Below, one piece after another: positions 1-25,932 of a stretch of DNA of 64,000 nt (positions are counted from its first letter, which is position 1; each line of letters begins with the position of its first letter). The stretch is taken from assembly GCF_009914755.1 (NCBI RefSeq), contig NC_060933.1; one strand, written 5' to 3'. The stretch is from the human T2T-CHM13v2.0 reference genome, Homo sapiens. The translations under genes and the position numbers were made by a program. The notes beneath the pieces are model-generated. The model was not told where the DNA came from and made no database searches. It worked only from the letters and a program-made list of their open reading frames with translations.

Positions 1-239
1 CTACGCGTTTGTCATGGCTGTGAGAAGAACGTCCCCTGGTAGTCCCGGTAGCCAGGGAAAATAGAGGAATGTGAAGGCATGGACCCAGTGTGTAGCCTGG
101 AGTCAAGCCTGCCAAGCCCAGCCTAGATCTGCTTCCCCACACACATGAGTGAGAGTAAATGATTGTTGTTTTAAGCCACTGAGTTTTGGGTTGGGATGGT
201 TTGTGGCACAGCAATATTATGGCGCTAACTCACTAATGG
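1..239 (+). mobile_element. MLT1-family (MaLR) LTR, 3' part
   Basis: taaatgattgttgttttaagccactgagttttggg...ggtttgt...cagcaata, a typical MLT1 3' end. Confidence 0.7.
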
Positions 240-374
240 ATCATGATAGAAAGCAATTGGAATAGGTACCTATGACATCAGAAGTCCATTTTCTCTAAGC
301 CGGCTTATGGTTCTTCCTCTTCCGCGAGTTCCAGCTCTTCCATTCAGCTTTTCCCACCAAAGAAACCTCATCTA

Positions 375-715
375 AGTTCATGTCTTTTGCAGGGACATGG
401 ACGAAGCTGGAAACCTTCATTCTCAGCAAACTAACACAGGAACAGAAAATCAAACACTGCATGTTCTCACTCATAAGTGGGAGTTGAACAATGAGAACAC
501 ATGGACACAGGGAGGGGAACATCACACACCAGGGCCTGTCGGAGGGTAGGGGGCAAGGGGAGGGAGAGCATTAGGAGAAATACCTAATGTAGATAGATGA
601 TGAGTTGATGGGTGCAGCAAACCACCATGGCACATGTATACCTATGTAACAAACCTGCACATTCTGCACATGTACCGCAGAATTTAAAGTATAAAAAAAA
701 AAGAAAAAAGAAAAA
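375..715 (+). mobile_element. 5'-truncated L1PA 3' end with 16-bp TSD
   Basis: L1PA 3' UTR (catgttctcactcataagtgggagttgaacaatgag...), poly(A); TSD aaagaaacctcatcta at 359-374 and 716-731. Confidence 0.92.
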
Positions 716-1395
716 AAAGAAACCTCATCTATCCATCCCTCATCTCCCAAATATATTTGAGAGGATTGGGGTTGTATATTTTACTGTGTTCCCCCACCAG
801 TGAGTGATTTCTACAATGGGATAGTTTAATCACTGGGGTTCTATATACACAGACATAAGATTCCGCCTGGAAGAAGGTGATTTGCACAAACACGCTGGTA
901 CTCAAAATATGTTTAGTGCTGTGTGCAAATGTTCATATGTATGCATTTGAAAAAAGTCATCAGAGGTTGGTTGACAGCATCCAGTGGTTCCAATCTTACA
1001 GGGCATTAACCCTTTTGAGTCTTTTGGAAATTTTTATTGTTTATTAAATGTTTTTAAAATTTATTAATTGAATAAAAAATATTTTCCACTTTAAAGTTAG
1101 GCTCTAACAAAAAGAAAAAAATAATAAAACTTGGGTCACATAGGGAAAAGAGAAGATGACTAAACTATACACAAATTAACAACAATTGTTCTCAAACCAA
1201 TCAAATTCACAAGAATATGAACCCCAAATATCTGAGGCAGGTCTCAGTCAATTTAGGAAGTTTATTTTGCCACAGTTGAGGACACATGCCCATGACAGCC
1301 TCAGGAGTTCCTGATGACATGTGCCCAAGGTGGCCAGGGCACAGCTTAGTTTTATACTTTTTAGGGAGACATGAGACATCAATCAATATATGTAA

Positions 1396-2679
<1,284 letters not shown>

Positions 2680-2691
2680 GTACATTGTAGC

Positions 2692-3338
<647 letters not shown>

Positions 3339-3647
3339 CAGTTAGCTATCTTTTTAAGGAATAGCGTGGGAGGCAGGTTTACCCTAAGCAGTTCCCAGCT
3401 TGATTTTTCCCTTTGGCTTAGTAATACTGGGGTCCCAAGATTTATTTTCCTTTCACAAGAATAATGCTTGTCCTTTTCCTTCCATTTTTCTGAATGTTCT
3501 TTTCACTTCCTTATAAATCCCATGGATGCCTCTCAGCTGACGACAGCAGCAGCCCTTTTGTTTTTAGACCTAATTCCTTTTCCCCAGGAATGAGTCACTT
3601 CTCCAGCAGGTCAGCTTCTCCAGTTGCACTCTGTCTTCCTTCCACAG

Positions 3648-3865
3648 GGGCTCTTATGCAGAAGACGGCATATGTGAACGCTGTAGCTCTCCTTGCAGAA
3701 CATGTGAAGGAAACGCCACCAACTGCCATTCTTGTGAAGGAGGCCACGTCCTGCACCACGGAGTGTGCCAGGAAAACTGCCCCGAGAGGCACGTGGCTGT
3801 GAAGGGGGTATGCAAGCATTGCCCAGAGATGTGTCAGGACTGCATCCATGAGAAAACATGCAAAG
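3648..3865 (+). CDS. PCSK5: PCSK5 (PC5/6B) internal coding exon A, Cys-rich furin-like repeats
   Basis: Acceptor tccacag|G, donor AAAG|gtacc; 218 nt, phase 2 to 1; GSYAEDGICERCSSPCRTCEGNATNCHSCEGGHVLHHGVCQENCPERHVAVKGVCKHCPEMCQDCIHEKTCK. This frame is missing from the ORF track. Confidence 0.95.
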
Positions 3866-4178
3866 GTACCTAGGAGCTTCCCACAGGAGAGCAAGGCTCT
3901 GCTGAGCCACCAGTTGGGGGCCGATTATCTGAGGGTGGATGGCAAAGAGCTGTGGGAACCAGTCTCCCTACCATTCCTGAAAGGTATGTCTCTGTGCCTG
4001 TCATCAGAGAAACTGAGGGTGAGATACACCCTTTTCATTATGGATGCTGCAAGTTAAGACAAGCAAGAGCCCCTTTTTGCATGATCTCTTACACTCACCC
4101 CCATATGTACACACACAGCAGATGTGCAAGTGCTATCCTAGGTGCTAGAGGTACAGAGAAGAACCCAATGTTCTCATC

Positions 4179-4509
<331 letters not shown>

Positions 4510-5277
4510 TGATAGTAAGCCACAAAACACAGAGGTAGCTAGAAAACTGCAGTTGTTAAAAAGGATAGGAAAGAAAAGTTCGGGCAACTATGACTGAGAT
4601 GACCACTCTGGCTGTGAATGAATTTTGTTGTTTTTTTCCCTCAGGAATTATCTCCCCCAAAAAGCTGTTCAATTTTCTCTCCAGAATAAGACAGACTCAT
4701 TTAACTGGTGCTGTCCTATCCAAAGTATTCTCTTGGTGTGACCTCAAGTGTTTCCCAGGATTCCCCCCAAAGTAAGAAAATGAACACAAAAAAAATAAAC
4801 CCGCAATGTATTCTTCACACTGATCAATCCTGTATTCATTGTTGTACCTGATCAATGAATGAAAAGTTAACTAATCCAACCATTCCTAAACTGCTTTCTG
4901 TGTTGAAAACAGTGTGAGGTTCTCAATACAATTTTTTAAATCTGTTAATGCTCTTCGGGTTTTTCAAACAATACCGCCAGCCTCTCAGCCATCCCTGTCT
5001 TTTGCAGCATTGCAAATTTTTGCACTGCACCTCCAAAGGGCAGACCATTTCATTGTGTAAGTCCAGCACCATCTAATACGGTCACCATGTGTGGCCTCCT
5101 TGTCCCAAGGCAGGGCTTGTTAGACATCAAGTCTATGCCCTGGCAGGGTGGGTAAAGGGCAAGCATACTCTCAGGTCAAATCAACCAAAGTGCTGAGGGA
5201 GGAGCTAGCCTACTGCAGACAATGAATTCCTTTCTCCTACCCCCCGGGGATAACTTGCTGCTTCCTCCTTTTCCCAG

Positions 5278-5514
5278 AGTGCACGCCTGAGTTCTTCCTG
5301 CACGATGATATGTGCCACCAGTCCTGTCCCCGTGGCTTCTATGCAGACTCGCGCCACTGTGTCCCCTGCCATAAAGACTGTCTGGAGTGCAGTGGCCCCA
5401 AAGCCGACGACTGCGAGCTCTGTCTTGAGAGTTCCTGGGTCCTCTATGATGGACTGTGCTTGGAGGAGTGTCCAGCAGGAACCTATTATGAAAAGGAGAC
5501 TAAGGAGTGCAGAG
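5278..5514 (+). CDS. PCSK5: PCSK5 coding exon B, furin-like repeats
   Basis: ttcccag|AG...AGAG|gtaaag; 237 nt, phase 1-1; (E)CTPEFFLHDDMCHQSCPRGFYADSRHCVPCHKDCLECSGPKADDCELC...KETKECR. Confidence 0.95.
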
Positions 5515-5598
5515 GTAAAGACTTCTGGGATTCAAAATAGGCTCCGGGGTTTGCATAGTTCCAGCCCCAGCCCCAGCGCCAGAGCTGTCATCTCAATC

Positions 5599-6755
<1,157 letters not shown>

Positions 6756-7858
6756 CTCCCTTCATGGTTTGCTCCCTGGAAGCTCCCCACCTTCCTCTTC
6801 ATATCCTTCAATTCCTGCTCCAAGGTCCCCATTTCCACTCCCACTCAGTCCCTGCATGTTCAAGAAAGGATCTGCTATTATTTATACCTCCTTATGTTTT
6901 AACTCGGCATGAATCATTTGCCTCTTATTCATTATCAAGGAACAGAAAAATAAAATAAGTTATGCACTCTAGAATTCTCTAGCAAGTGAGAGAAATGTTG
7001 TGGGGCGGGGGCTTTTCTAGAGCCCAGGATTCACTCTGTTGAGGCAGCCTGAGGTCCTTCACCCCCACATGTCGCCCCCAAGCAAACACGACAAGATAGA
7101 TGTCCAGAGGCAATTCCCCTAACAACCGCGAGAGCCTGAGAGTGACCTTCCACTGAGAAACCCTGGGACACCCACACCCTAGGACATACTGAGGGGAAGG
7201 TTTTTAGTAGGACACGAAGATGTGTCTCGGTCCTGAAGGCTTTCTGCTCCAGCCTTGTGCTGTGGATATGTCTTTTTGTGTGTTTTATATAAAGCACTAT
7301 TTAGTGTTAATGTCCTACCTGCCCATATGTGAAAAGGCGTGGATGTCAAGGCTGTGTCCGCATGCAGAAGAGGCGGGTGTTCGTGTGGGAGGCAGGCTGT
7401 GGAGCTGGGAATGGCTTCTGGGAGGTGAGAGACTCAGCAGCAGGCCTCCAGCGCCATCTTGCCTCTGCGAGGGCAGGAACTGAGGTTCAACTTCTGGCCT
7501 TTCTCTGGTGTTGAATAATGAAAGTAATTTACCATACAGAGAGCTTTACAGGTCTCAGAGTATGTTTTCTTAATTTATCTGATTTAATTATCTCCTTGAG
7601 AAAGGCCCCTGGTTGCCCATTAGAATCACCTGGGCAGCTCTTAAAACCACAGATGCCTGCACCCAACATTCTAATTCCTTCTCCCACCACCAGTAATTCT
7701 GATGCTTAGTGTGGGTTGAGAGCCATTGAGGTAAATGGCAATTTTCTGCATTTTTCTGAGAAGGAAACAGATGCTTTGAGAAGTTAAGCACTTGCTCAAT
7801 GTGACCCCACTAGTGAGGACAGAGTTGGAAACTCACTTGAGGTGTCTCCCTACAATGA

Positions 7859-9632
<1,774 letters not shown>

Positions 9633-10234
9633 CCCGTCTCTAGTTAAATACAGAAAAAGAAAACCTAGAGGTGGAAGATAATTGTTATTTTCTTTTTTTA
9701 ACAAATACTTATCGATTCCTATTACATGCCAGGCCCTCTCATAGGCACTATGTATTCAAAAATAAATGCAAAAGGGACCTTTATTTGTCAACAGACAATT
9801 AAATACATTCCAACAATTGCTGTATTCGTGATAAGCTCAAGGTACTCCGGAGGTGAGTGGAGGACCATAACAGTAGGTGTTGTGACGGTGGAAAATTCGA
9901 TGCCATTACAGAATGGCTTGTTATTATTTTGTTGCAGTTTGGGTAATTATAGTGAGCCTTACTAATATTTCTGAGATGGCTATTGCAGGAAAGCCCTCTC
10001 TGGATACAACAGAGAAAATAAAATAATAATTTTCTCTCATTTTGCAAAAGAATGGTCCACCCCAGAGCTCAAGGGCTGTACTCAACTCATGGCCCCACAC
10101 CATTGGCCCAGAGCTCTGGAAATCTCCGGAAGAAATGTGAAAGGAATGTGAAGACCCTTTCCCAGGGGAAGCCATTCCCACGAGGGCCACCCTGGCTCTC
10201 GCTCACTCTGTCTGCTGCCCCTCCACGCCCACAG

Positions 10235-10465
10235 ATTGCCACAAGTCCTGCTTGACCTGCTCATCATCTGGGACCTGCACCACCTGTCAGAAAGGCCTGA
10301 TCATGAACCCTCGTGGGAGCTGCATGGCCAACGAGAAGTGCTCACCCTCCGAGTACTGGGATGAGGATGCTCCCGGGTGCAAGCCCTGCCATGTTAAGTG
10401 CTTCCACTGCATGGGGCCGGCGGAGGACCAGTGTCAAACATGCCCCATGAACAGCCTTCTTCTCA
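10235..10465 (+). CDS. PCSK5: PCSK5 coding exon C, furin-like repeats
   Basis: cccacag|AT...CTCA|gtgagt; 231 nt, phase 1-1; (D)CHKSCLTCSSSGTCTTCQKG...CKPCHVKCFHCMGPAEDQCQTCPMNSLLL. Confidence 0.95.
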
Positions 10466-11031
10466 GTGAGTTACTTCTCCGAGGACAGCTTTGTGTTTCC
10501 ATCTCTCTGGGAAACTGCCTTGCACACTGCCTTGTCCAGTAGATACTGGCTTCTTTCTTTTTGATTTTTTGCTTTGTGTTTGGGAAATGTTCAAACCTGC
10601 AGAAAAGATGCAAGAGTAAGAACTGTACAAAGAACAGCGCACGGATGTGCTTCATCCAGTTCGCAAATTGCTCATCTTCTACACCATTTGCTTTATCATT
10701 TGTTCGTGGGCTCTCTCCCCCCTTCTCACTCATTCTCTCTCTCTCTATCGCTCTCTTCCTCTCACTCTCTCAATGTATACATGTACATCATTCCCAATAC
10801 ATATTTTTCGAAGCCATTTGAAGGCATACATCATGGCCCCTTTCCCATAAATATTTTAGTGCCTATTTCCTCAGATTAGTGATATTTTCTTACATAACCG
10901 CAGGATAGTTATCAACTCTAATAAATTGTACATTCATACAATACTTTAATATACTATCCATATTACAATTTTCTCAGTGCCCCTTTAGGATTCAGGCTAG
11001 AGTCAGTTGTTTCATTTAGCTTCCATGTCCC

Positions 11032-12828
<1,797 letters not shown>

Positions 12829-13415
12829 TAAAATTTTAAATTTAAAAATTTTAAACATTAAAAAAAAATGTTTTAAAGACATGCATGGCAAGCTTTTCCT
12901 CTTCATATTGAGCGAGGACACCATCCCCCTGCTAAGACACAGGGAGACCTATTCTCAATACCATTCCTGATCACTTCACAATAGAAAACACTCAAAGAGA
13001 CCAGTCTTCTCTATCCATCTACCTTAGCTCCTGGTCCACAAATCTCTGTGACTCTCCTTCCCAGCAGTTGCTGCTTCATAAAAGCATTCCCTCCAGCCAC
13101 GTCTCCCAGGTAATCCCACCCCGTCGGACCTTCTTTTCTACTTACGTCCAATCTAGAGTGCCACCAGTAATCATCTCAGATGCCTTCATATAGAGAAGAC
13201 AGCTTGCCTCCACAAAGTGGTCTTCCCCTCATCCGAGGCTGCAGATTAGACTAGAATTGAGGCTTCAGTGCTGGTATAGGACACAGAGCTGTAGTCCCCC
13301 TGGGAAATGGGTGCAGATTTGCTCAGCCTGGTATCCTCACATTCTCTCTACCCTGTCCCACACCACCACACCACCAGGGTCAGGCTATTTATAAATTAGA
13401 TACTTTTTTTGGACA

Positions 13416-14210
<795 letters not shown>

Positions 14211-14658
14211 CGGCGGTGTTTTTCCTTCAGGAAGCTGGGGCTTCCCCCTAGTTAACCAGATACATGAGCTGGACAATGAGCCATTGCCAACATCCACAGG
14301 CGCCGGACTGTAGTTTCTGTTCTACCCACCACAGCTAATCCACTGAGAAATTTGGGTGGGACACAGATGAGATTTGGATCTCTGATGAGATGAGATGGGA
14401 TCACTGATGAGATTTGGGTGGGACACAGAGCCAAACCATATCACTGACTTCTGTTTTCCTTGTATTCCTCATGGCCTTAGGGCAATTCTGTTTCTTGGAC
14501 ACTAATCTTATTTCCCAAACATATCCATCAGCTCACAGGATCATCCCATTCCTCCTGCAGCCCTCTCCTCCCTCCCGCCATAGTACACAAGAGGGAAAAT
14601 ACAGGGGAGACATGTGTCATGCTCGATGTCCAAATAGACATTTTTTCTCCCATGACAG

Positions 14659-14836
14659 ACACAACCTGTGTGAAGGACTGCCCAGAGGGCTATTATGCCG
14701 ATGAGGACAGCAACCGGTGTGCCCACTGCCACAGCTCTTGCAGGACATGTGAAGGGAGACACAGCAGGCAGTGCCACTCCTGCCGACCGGGCTGGTTCCA
14801 GCTAGGAAAAGAGTGCCTGCTCCAGTGCAGGGAAGG
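14659..14836 (+). CDS. PCSK5: PCSK5 coding exon D
   Basis: catgacag|AC...GAAGG|gtaagt; 178 nt, phase 1 to 2; (N)TTCVKDCPEGYYADEDSNRCAHCHSSCRTCEGRHSRQCHSCRPGWFQLGKECLLQCRE(G). Confidence 0.95.
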
Positions 14837-15121
14837 GTAAGTGCTCAATACATTTTCCCCCATGTAATTTCACAGCCACAGCAGATATCAACCCATTTTA
14901 CAAATGAGGAAACTAAGATTCAGAACACTTATAAAACCAGGTTGAAGTCTCAGTGCTAGTAAGGAGCAAAGATGAACCAATTCACAGTAACAGAAGAGAA
15001 ACAGGAGAGGCAGAGTGACCGAGTGAGTTAACACAAAGGGTCAGATTGTCAAGCCGGACTCACCTGAGCAATTGATCTTCCTCAACGACAGTCCTTACTG
15101 AAAATTCAAAGCATATTGGCA

Positions 15122-15415
15122 GCTGGGCACTGTGGCTCATGCCTGTAATCCCAACTACGTGGGAGGTTGAGGCTGGAGGATCACTTAAGGCAGGAGTTTG
15201 AACCAGTATGGGCAACATCTTGAGACCCCATCTGTAAAATATTAAAATAAGATTAGCTGGGCATGGTGCCATCAGGCTATAGTCCCAGCTTCTATAGAAG
15301 CTGAGGCAGGGGATGATCACTTGAACCCAGGAGTTGGAGGCTGCAGTAAGCTATGATTGCACCACTGCACTCCAGCCTCAGTGACAGAGCAAGACCTTGT
15401 TTCTAAAAATTAAAA
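15122..15415 (+). mobile_element. AluJ
   Basis: Diverged Alu dimer. Confidence 0.85.
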
Positions 15416-16152
15416 CAATTTGGCAAAGGGTCTCAGCAATCACAAGGCAGAAGCAAAGCATCCTTTCCTCAGAGAAGCCCAAGATCATTAATGGAGGTTC
15501 TTTTTCTTCACCTTCAGGACTTGTTCTGATTCAGATTTAAAATTCAGGGTCTCACATTCTCCCAACCTGCTTATGTGAGGAGAGCAGTGAGTGTGGAACA
15601 TTGATTTACAAAGGAAATAGTTCCATTAACATCTCCATTTATTCCCCATTAATTCCCCAACCTGTCATGTCGCCTATAAATCCACAAATTACAGGTTTTG
15701 TTATCATAAACAACGTAGACACACGCACTTGATGTATCCTTCTAAAAGCATTTCATGGATAAGGACTCTATTATTTTTCTGCTAGGAAGAACTGTTAGTG
15801 TTATCAGAAGGTCTGATTGCCAGCATACCCTTTTTCTCCCCCAGGCATTCCCAGTAAAGAGTAAAAGATTGATGATAGGCCTGTTGCTGACTCTTTCTAC
15901 CCAATCAATAACCTAGAGCACTGGGAGTTTCCAGACCCAAATCAAGGGCTGTAACCTTAGACCTTCCTCAAATGCTTTCACCCAAATTGACACATCTCTT
16001 CGGTCCTATAGCAGTTACTGCTTGTTTCATTCATTTTAGTGCTATATGCTGCCTTGCATTTTGATTTATCTCATTCATTCACTTATTTATTTAACACATT
16101 TCATGATGAGTACTTTGTATGTATAAATAAGATGAGTAAAAGAAAGACTGAC

Positions 16153-16526
16153 TGTGTTTGTTTTCACGCGGCTGATAAAGACATACCCAAAGACTGGGCA
16201 ATTTACAAACTAAAGAGGTTTAATTCGACTTACAGTTCCATGTGGATGGGGAGGCCTCACAATCATGGCAGAAGGCAAGTAGGAGCAAGTCACATCTTAT
16301 GTGGATAGCGGCAGGCAAAGAGAGAGAATGAGAGCCAGGCGAAACGGGTTTCTCCTTATCAAACCGTCAGATCTCGTAAGACTTATTCACAACAGCAAGA
16401 ACAGCATGGGGGAAACCGCCCCTACAATCCAACCATCTCCCACAGGGTCCCTCCCACAGCACATGGGAATTATGGGAGTACAATTCAAGATGAGATTTGG
16501 GTGAGACACAGAACCAAACCATATCA
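16153..16526 (-). mobile_element. THE1 (MaLR) solo LTR
   Basis: gctgataaagacataccc...gagatttgggtg...ccaaaccatatca; 5-bp TSD ctgac at 16148-16152 and 16527-16531. Confidence 0.9.
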
Positions 16527-16634
16527 CTGACTTTAAGAGTTTATTCTTATTTTTATATGCCTCTTCCCAAGAAAATTATAAACTCATGGAAGAAAAACAC
16601 CTCTTACGTCTTACATTTGCTTCTACAACACTCA

Positions 16635-17330
<696 letters not shown>

Positions 17331-17989
17331 CAGGAATGAAGCTACCTGGTTTAGCCCTTCTGCATCACCCTAGTAAGTGTCTGAAAAGATCTGGATCCCA
17401 TCTTCCTCAAATCAAGTCAGTAAACACTCTCAAACACAAAAAGGGTGCTTGATCATCCTGTGATCTAAGTAGAATGCAGACCATGGAATTAAGAAGACAA
17501 TTGTTCCACAGCATGTAAAGTTCCCCAGGGCTGGTGGGGGGAGGCACAGGTTGCCATAGATCTCTTTAATAAAGAAGAAATGGAATATTCATGAGGTATA
17601 AGAGAACTCTTCCTTTAGTAAAATCAGTGTTCCACATGCTTGGCATAACCCTTGTATGTTAAATCTCTGGCTTGGAAAAGTAGGCATACACTTCTCTGCA
17701 CCCTATCCCAACCCACGTAATTATTTTGGTGTTTAACTCAGAGAAGTTTCTTTAAAGCCTAGGTTACTGCTTGTGCTTATGCTCTTCAAGGCTGGGAGGC
17801 TCAAAAGATGAGTCCTCAAAGCAAGCAGTGGTGTTGTACTCTTTTAATCTGTTCCAATAAACTCTTCATTGTCTCTTTTAGCATTACTCCTTGATAATTT
17901 TAAAAACCTACTTAGAATTGATAAGCTTTCTTTCCCACAGTTCCTACTGATGCTTTTCATCTTTATAACAATCTATAATAAAAACAGTA

Positions 17990-19250
17990 GGTAAAAAAAC
18001 TTTTGTATGCTGCTTAAGAGTTACAAAGTATTTCCACTCACAATATATCTTTACATTATGATTTGATTCTACAACAATCTCATGACGTTACTGTTAGTCT
18101 CTCCATTTTACAGATGAAGAAACTGAGGATCAGAGGGGTTAAGTGACTTGCCCAAAGTCACAGAGCTACTAATACATGGCAGAGCCAGGATTAAAAATTC
18201 TATCTTCTGACTCTAATCCTGTGTATTCCCTCTGCTCTGTGTAGATTTCACTTTTCCCTGATGGTTTCTTTTCTTGAGTCTTATGTGGGCTTTGTCAACC
18301 ATTCAGCTCATCATCGCCTTGTCTCTTAGATACCTCAGTCTTACAGATTGACACATAGTAGTCATTGTTCTTCACATAACTGCAAAAAGTGAAGGAAGTC
18401 TCAAGTTACCACAAGCTGGGCCACTGAGGTTCAAGTGTGCTCACTCAGATCAGTGACAGGTGGCTAAACAGACCAAGCCTCAACATAACCTAGGCATGGT
18501 GTGAGTTTTCAGCAAGTTCATGGAGCTGAATTAGTCTACAAAAAAAAGCCTATTGGGACCTGTAGTGTTGCACCAGAGAAAACAAAGATGAACCTTTAGG
18601 TTTCTAGGATAGGTTTAGTGGTGCTGATGTCTAGAAATACAGAGATGAATCAGATGACCTTTAGAAGTTCATCCTTAGCAAGAATTTTGTTACCCTCTTT
18701 TATCTTGCTTGCAAACCTTTGTTTACCTTCAATTAATGCACTATTTTGTTGTAGCGTTTAACAGTTAAGCTCAAATCATATTGTCTCATTTCACTAACTG
18801 ACTTTAAGCAAGTTGTCTAAATTCTCTAAGCTTCAATGTTTGCTTCTGTAAAATAAGGATAATAATACCTAAATCATAAGATTTGCTATGAGGATAAATC
18901 ATAAAATTTATAATTATCACTAATATACATTAATTATTTATAATGTGCCCATCATGGTCCCCACCCCTTTCTCAGTAATTACATGTTTAATTGTAGGTAC
19001 TAACATTAGTCCCATCTTATAGATGAGAAACCTGAGGCACAGAGATGTTGAGTGACTGGCCCAAGGTCATACAGCTTGTAAGTGGTATGACTGGGATTTA
19101 AAACTGTAGTCTTGTTCCAGAGGGCAAGTGCTAACTACCACACTCTAGTGTCTCATTTGTAGGTTCAATAAGGTGAAATAATGTTTATGAAGTCCCTGGA
19201 ATACTATCAGGCATATTAGTAGAAATTTAATGAATAGTGGTTATAGTTAT
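17990..19250. mobile_element. MIR cluster
   Basis: MIR core ccattttacagatgaagaaactgagg...aagtgacttgcccaa at about 18100 and 19010; opposite-strand MIR at about 18750-18900. Confidence 0.75.
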
Positions 19251-19373
19251 CATATTTAACTTCCAAAAATCTTTTCAAACAAGGTTATATCTATTATGTA
19301 AATGTCGATATCACACTTGTCACCTCCTATTTCAAAATTTCTTCTTTAATTGGCAAATTAGAAGAATAATTCA

Positions 19374-20412
<1,039 letters not shown>

Positions 20413-20787
20413 ATCCTTCCATTCTCTGATCCCAGCCATTAATCACAACTTAAAGCATGAACTTGGAGAGACACATGGTAGAAAAAGGCAATGGTAGCTA
20501 GCAACGATGGAGGTGCTACTAGGTGTTATAAGCACTAGGTCTTTTCATATGTGTTAGTTACCCAGTTTAATTTTCACAAATAGTAGGGGAGGGATTGGCC
20601 CAATTTACAGGTAAGAACACTGGGAATCATTGGATTCATTAGTGTTATTAGCAATGAATCTAATGAGTAAGGTAAAGAGGCTAAAGTCACTCAGCTTGTA
20701 AATGAAACCTGACCACCATGTTTTTCCACTGCATCCAATTTAGGAGCAAAGCTTACTATTCCATCTTTTCTTCTCCTTTGGTTTCAG

Positions 20788-21005
20788 ATATTACGCAGAC
20801 AACTCCACTGGCCGGTGTGAGAGGTGCAACAGGAGCTGCAAGGGGTGCCAGGGCCCACGGCCCACAGACTGCCTGTCTTGCGATAGATTTTTCTTTCTGC
20901 TCCGCTCCAAAGGAGAGTGTCATCGCTCCTGCCCAGACCATTACTATGTAGAGCAAAGCACACAGACCTGTGAGAGATGCCATCCGACTTGTGATCAATG
21001 CAAAG
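20788..21005 (+). CDS. PCSK5: PCSK5 coding exon E
   Basis: gtttcag|A...AAAG|gtgag; 218 nt, phase 2 to 1; YYADNSTGRCERCNRSCKGCQGPRPTDCLSCDRFFFLLRSKGECHRSCPDHYYVEQSTQTCERCHPTCDQCK. Confidence 0.95.
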
Positions 21006-21749
21006 GTGAGAGTCTACCTGTCATTTTGCATGAGTGCGTAGAAAAATGAAAAGGTTTTCTTCCTTATTTGCCCCTTTCTCTCTTCTCACCACCTGGGAGG
21101 TTCCTCTTGCTTCCCTACCTCGTGTGTGATCCTCTCCAGCATCAGCGCCCTCTGTTCGCTCTTAACTTCCACATCTTCCCTCTAACCTGGGCTGCTCCTG
21201 CCCATCCCCCATCCTTCAAGGCCCAGAGACAGGCATCATCTCCTTGAGGAAGTATTGTTCGTTCACTCATCATTTTCCTACTCTACCTGATGAGTCTGTC
21301 TGGGGGAATTTGTTTATTTTCATTACTCCCACTATTCCCTGAGACTTCTGCCTCAAACTCTCCCAAGCTCCATGCCTCTTTTACAGAAATCTAGTTGTCT
21401 GTCCCAGAGATCCTTAAGGCTCACCATCTACCAAGGAGTCCAGGCTGATACTTTGAAGTTCTCCTTGACTCTTCTCCTTCCCCTGTTGCCTGCCCAACCC
21501 ACCCACCTCCAACAAAGCTAAACTTCAAGATCTGTTGGTACTCTTTCCCAAATAGTTATCTAATGAGATCTTTTTCATTCTCACTACCCTCATCTTCCAT
21601 TCTCAGTATCTAGTATCACACCTTTTGAAGCAGCCAGCAGGTCACCCCAACTCTCAATCTTGCCCCCACACCAGGTCATCTGGTATACTAATGCCAGAGT
21701 GATTGCCTTAAAATTCAAATTTCTCATTTTTCTCTACATCTTGCCATAA

Positions 21750-24750
<3,001 letters not shown>

Positions 24751-25194
24751 TAAAATATTTTTTTAATGCATATGTGTCACTAATGGATAATCAGATTCTT
24801 AGAAGAGGATTGTACCCTAAATTATTGCCCAGCCTCACTCTACTAATCCAAATGCCTGGTGGGATGGCAGGAGGGATACTTAAGACTTGTGGATGAAATA
24901 AGCAAAGGCCAACCTGTTAGAGCCTGCCTCTAATCCTCTTTTTTTTTCCCCTTCCAAAATGATTCATCTTGAGGCAATATGTTGATGATATAGAAACACC
25001 AAGAATTAGGGAAAACAAGATGAGAAATCAGGTATTCCCCCACACTGGGAGAAGACCATCAGCACGTTTGCTGTCTAGCCACTGAGCTGAAATTCCTGAA
25101 AAGTATCTTGATGACATTATATTTTAAAATAACTTCTTCCCAAGTACATGTGAATATAGCCATCTCCAAGTTTAAGGTGGCTTCCAATATTACC

Positions 25195-25884
25195 TATGCC
25201 TTGGTGTCTCCAAATCTGCTTCTTTTCCCAAATGGTTTTCCTGAGCTCCGGTTCCATACATCCAGTTGCTGACTGAGTATCTCTGATTGGATGCTCAACA
25301 GACACCTCCAACTCCTCACCCCACTCCCAAACTACTTGTTCTGTGCTCCCTATTGGGATAAATGGCCCCACCATTCACCCAGTTGCCTGAGACAGTAACC
25401 TGGCCATTACCCTCTGCTCCTCCCCCTCTCTCAATCCCCACATTCAATTTGTTCCCAAATCCTGCCAAACCTACCCCTTAAATATCTCCTAATTCCATCT
25501 CCCCTCTCTTGGTATTCTAGTGTCACTGTCTTAGTTCAGACTCATCATTCATTGTCTGAATTGTTTACCAATTATTTATTTAATTGGTCTTCCTACCTTT
25601 AGCATTAGTCACCCTGTAATAAACCAGTCTTCCATATGCTCTTAGACTGATCTCTTTATACAACAAATATAATGATACATCTCCACTTAAAAAACAACTC
25701 TCTACTGACCTTAGGATAGAATTTTTTTTTTTTTTTGAGACAGAGCCTCGCTGTGTCACCTAGGCTGGCATGCGGTGGCATGATCTTGGCTCACTACAAC
25801 CTCTGCTTCCTGGGTTCAAATGATTATCCTGAACCAGCCTCCCAAGTAACTGGGATTACAGGCACACACCACCGCACCTGGGTA

Positions 25885-25932
<48 letters not shown>

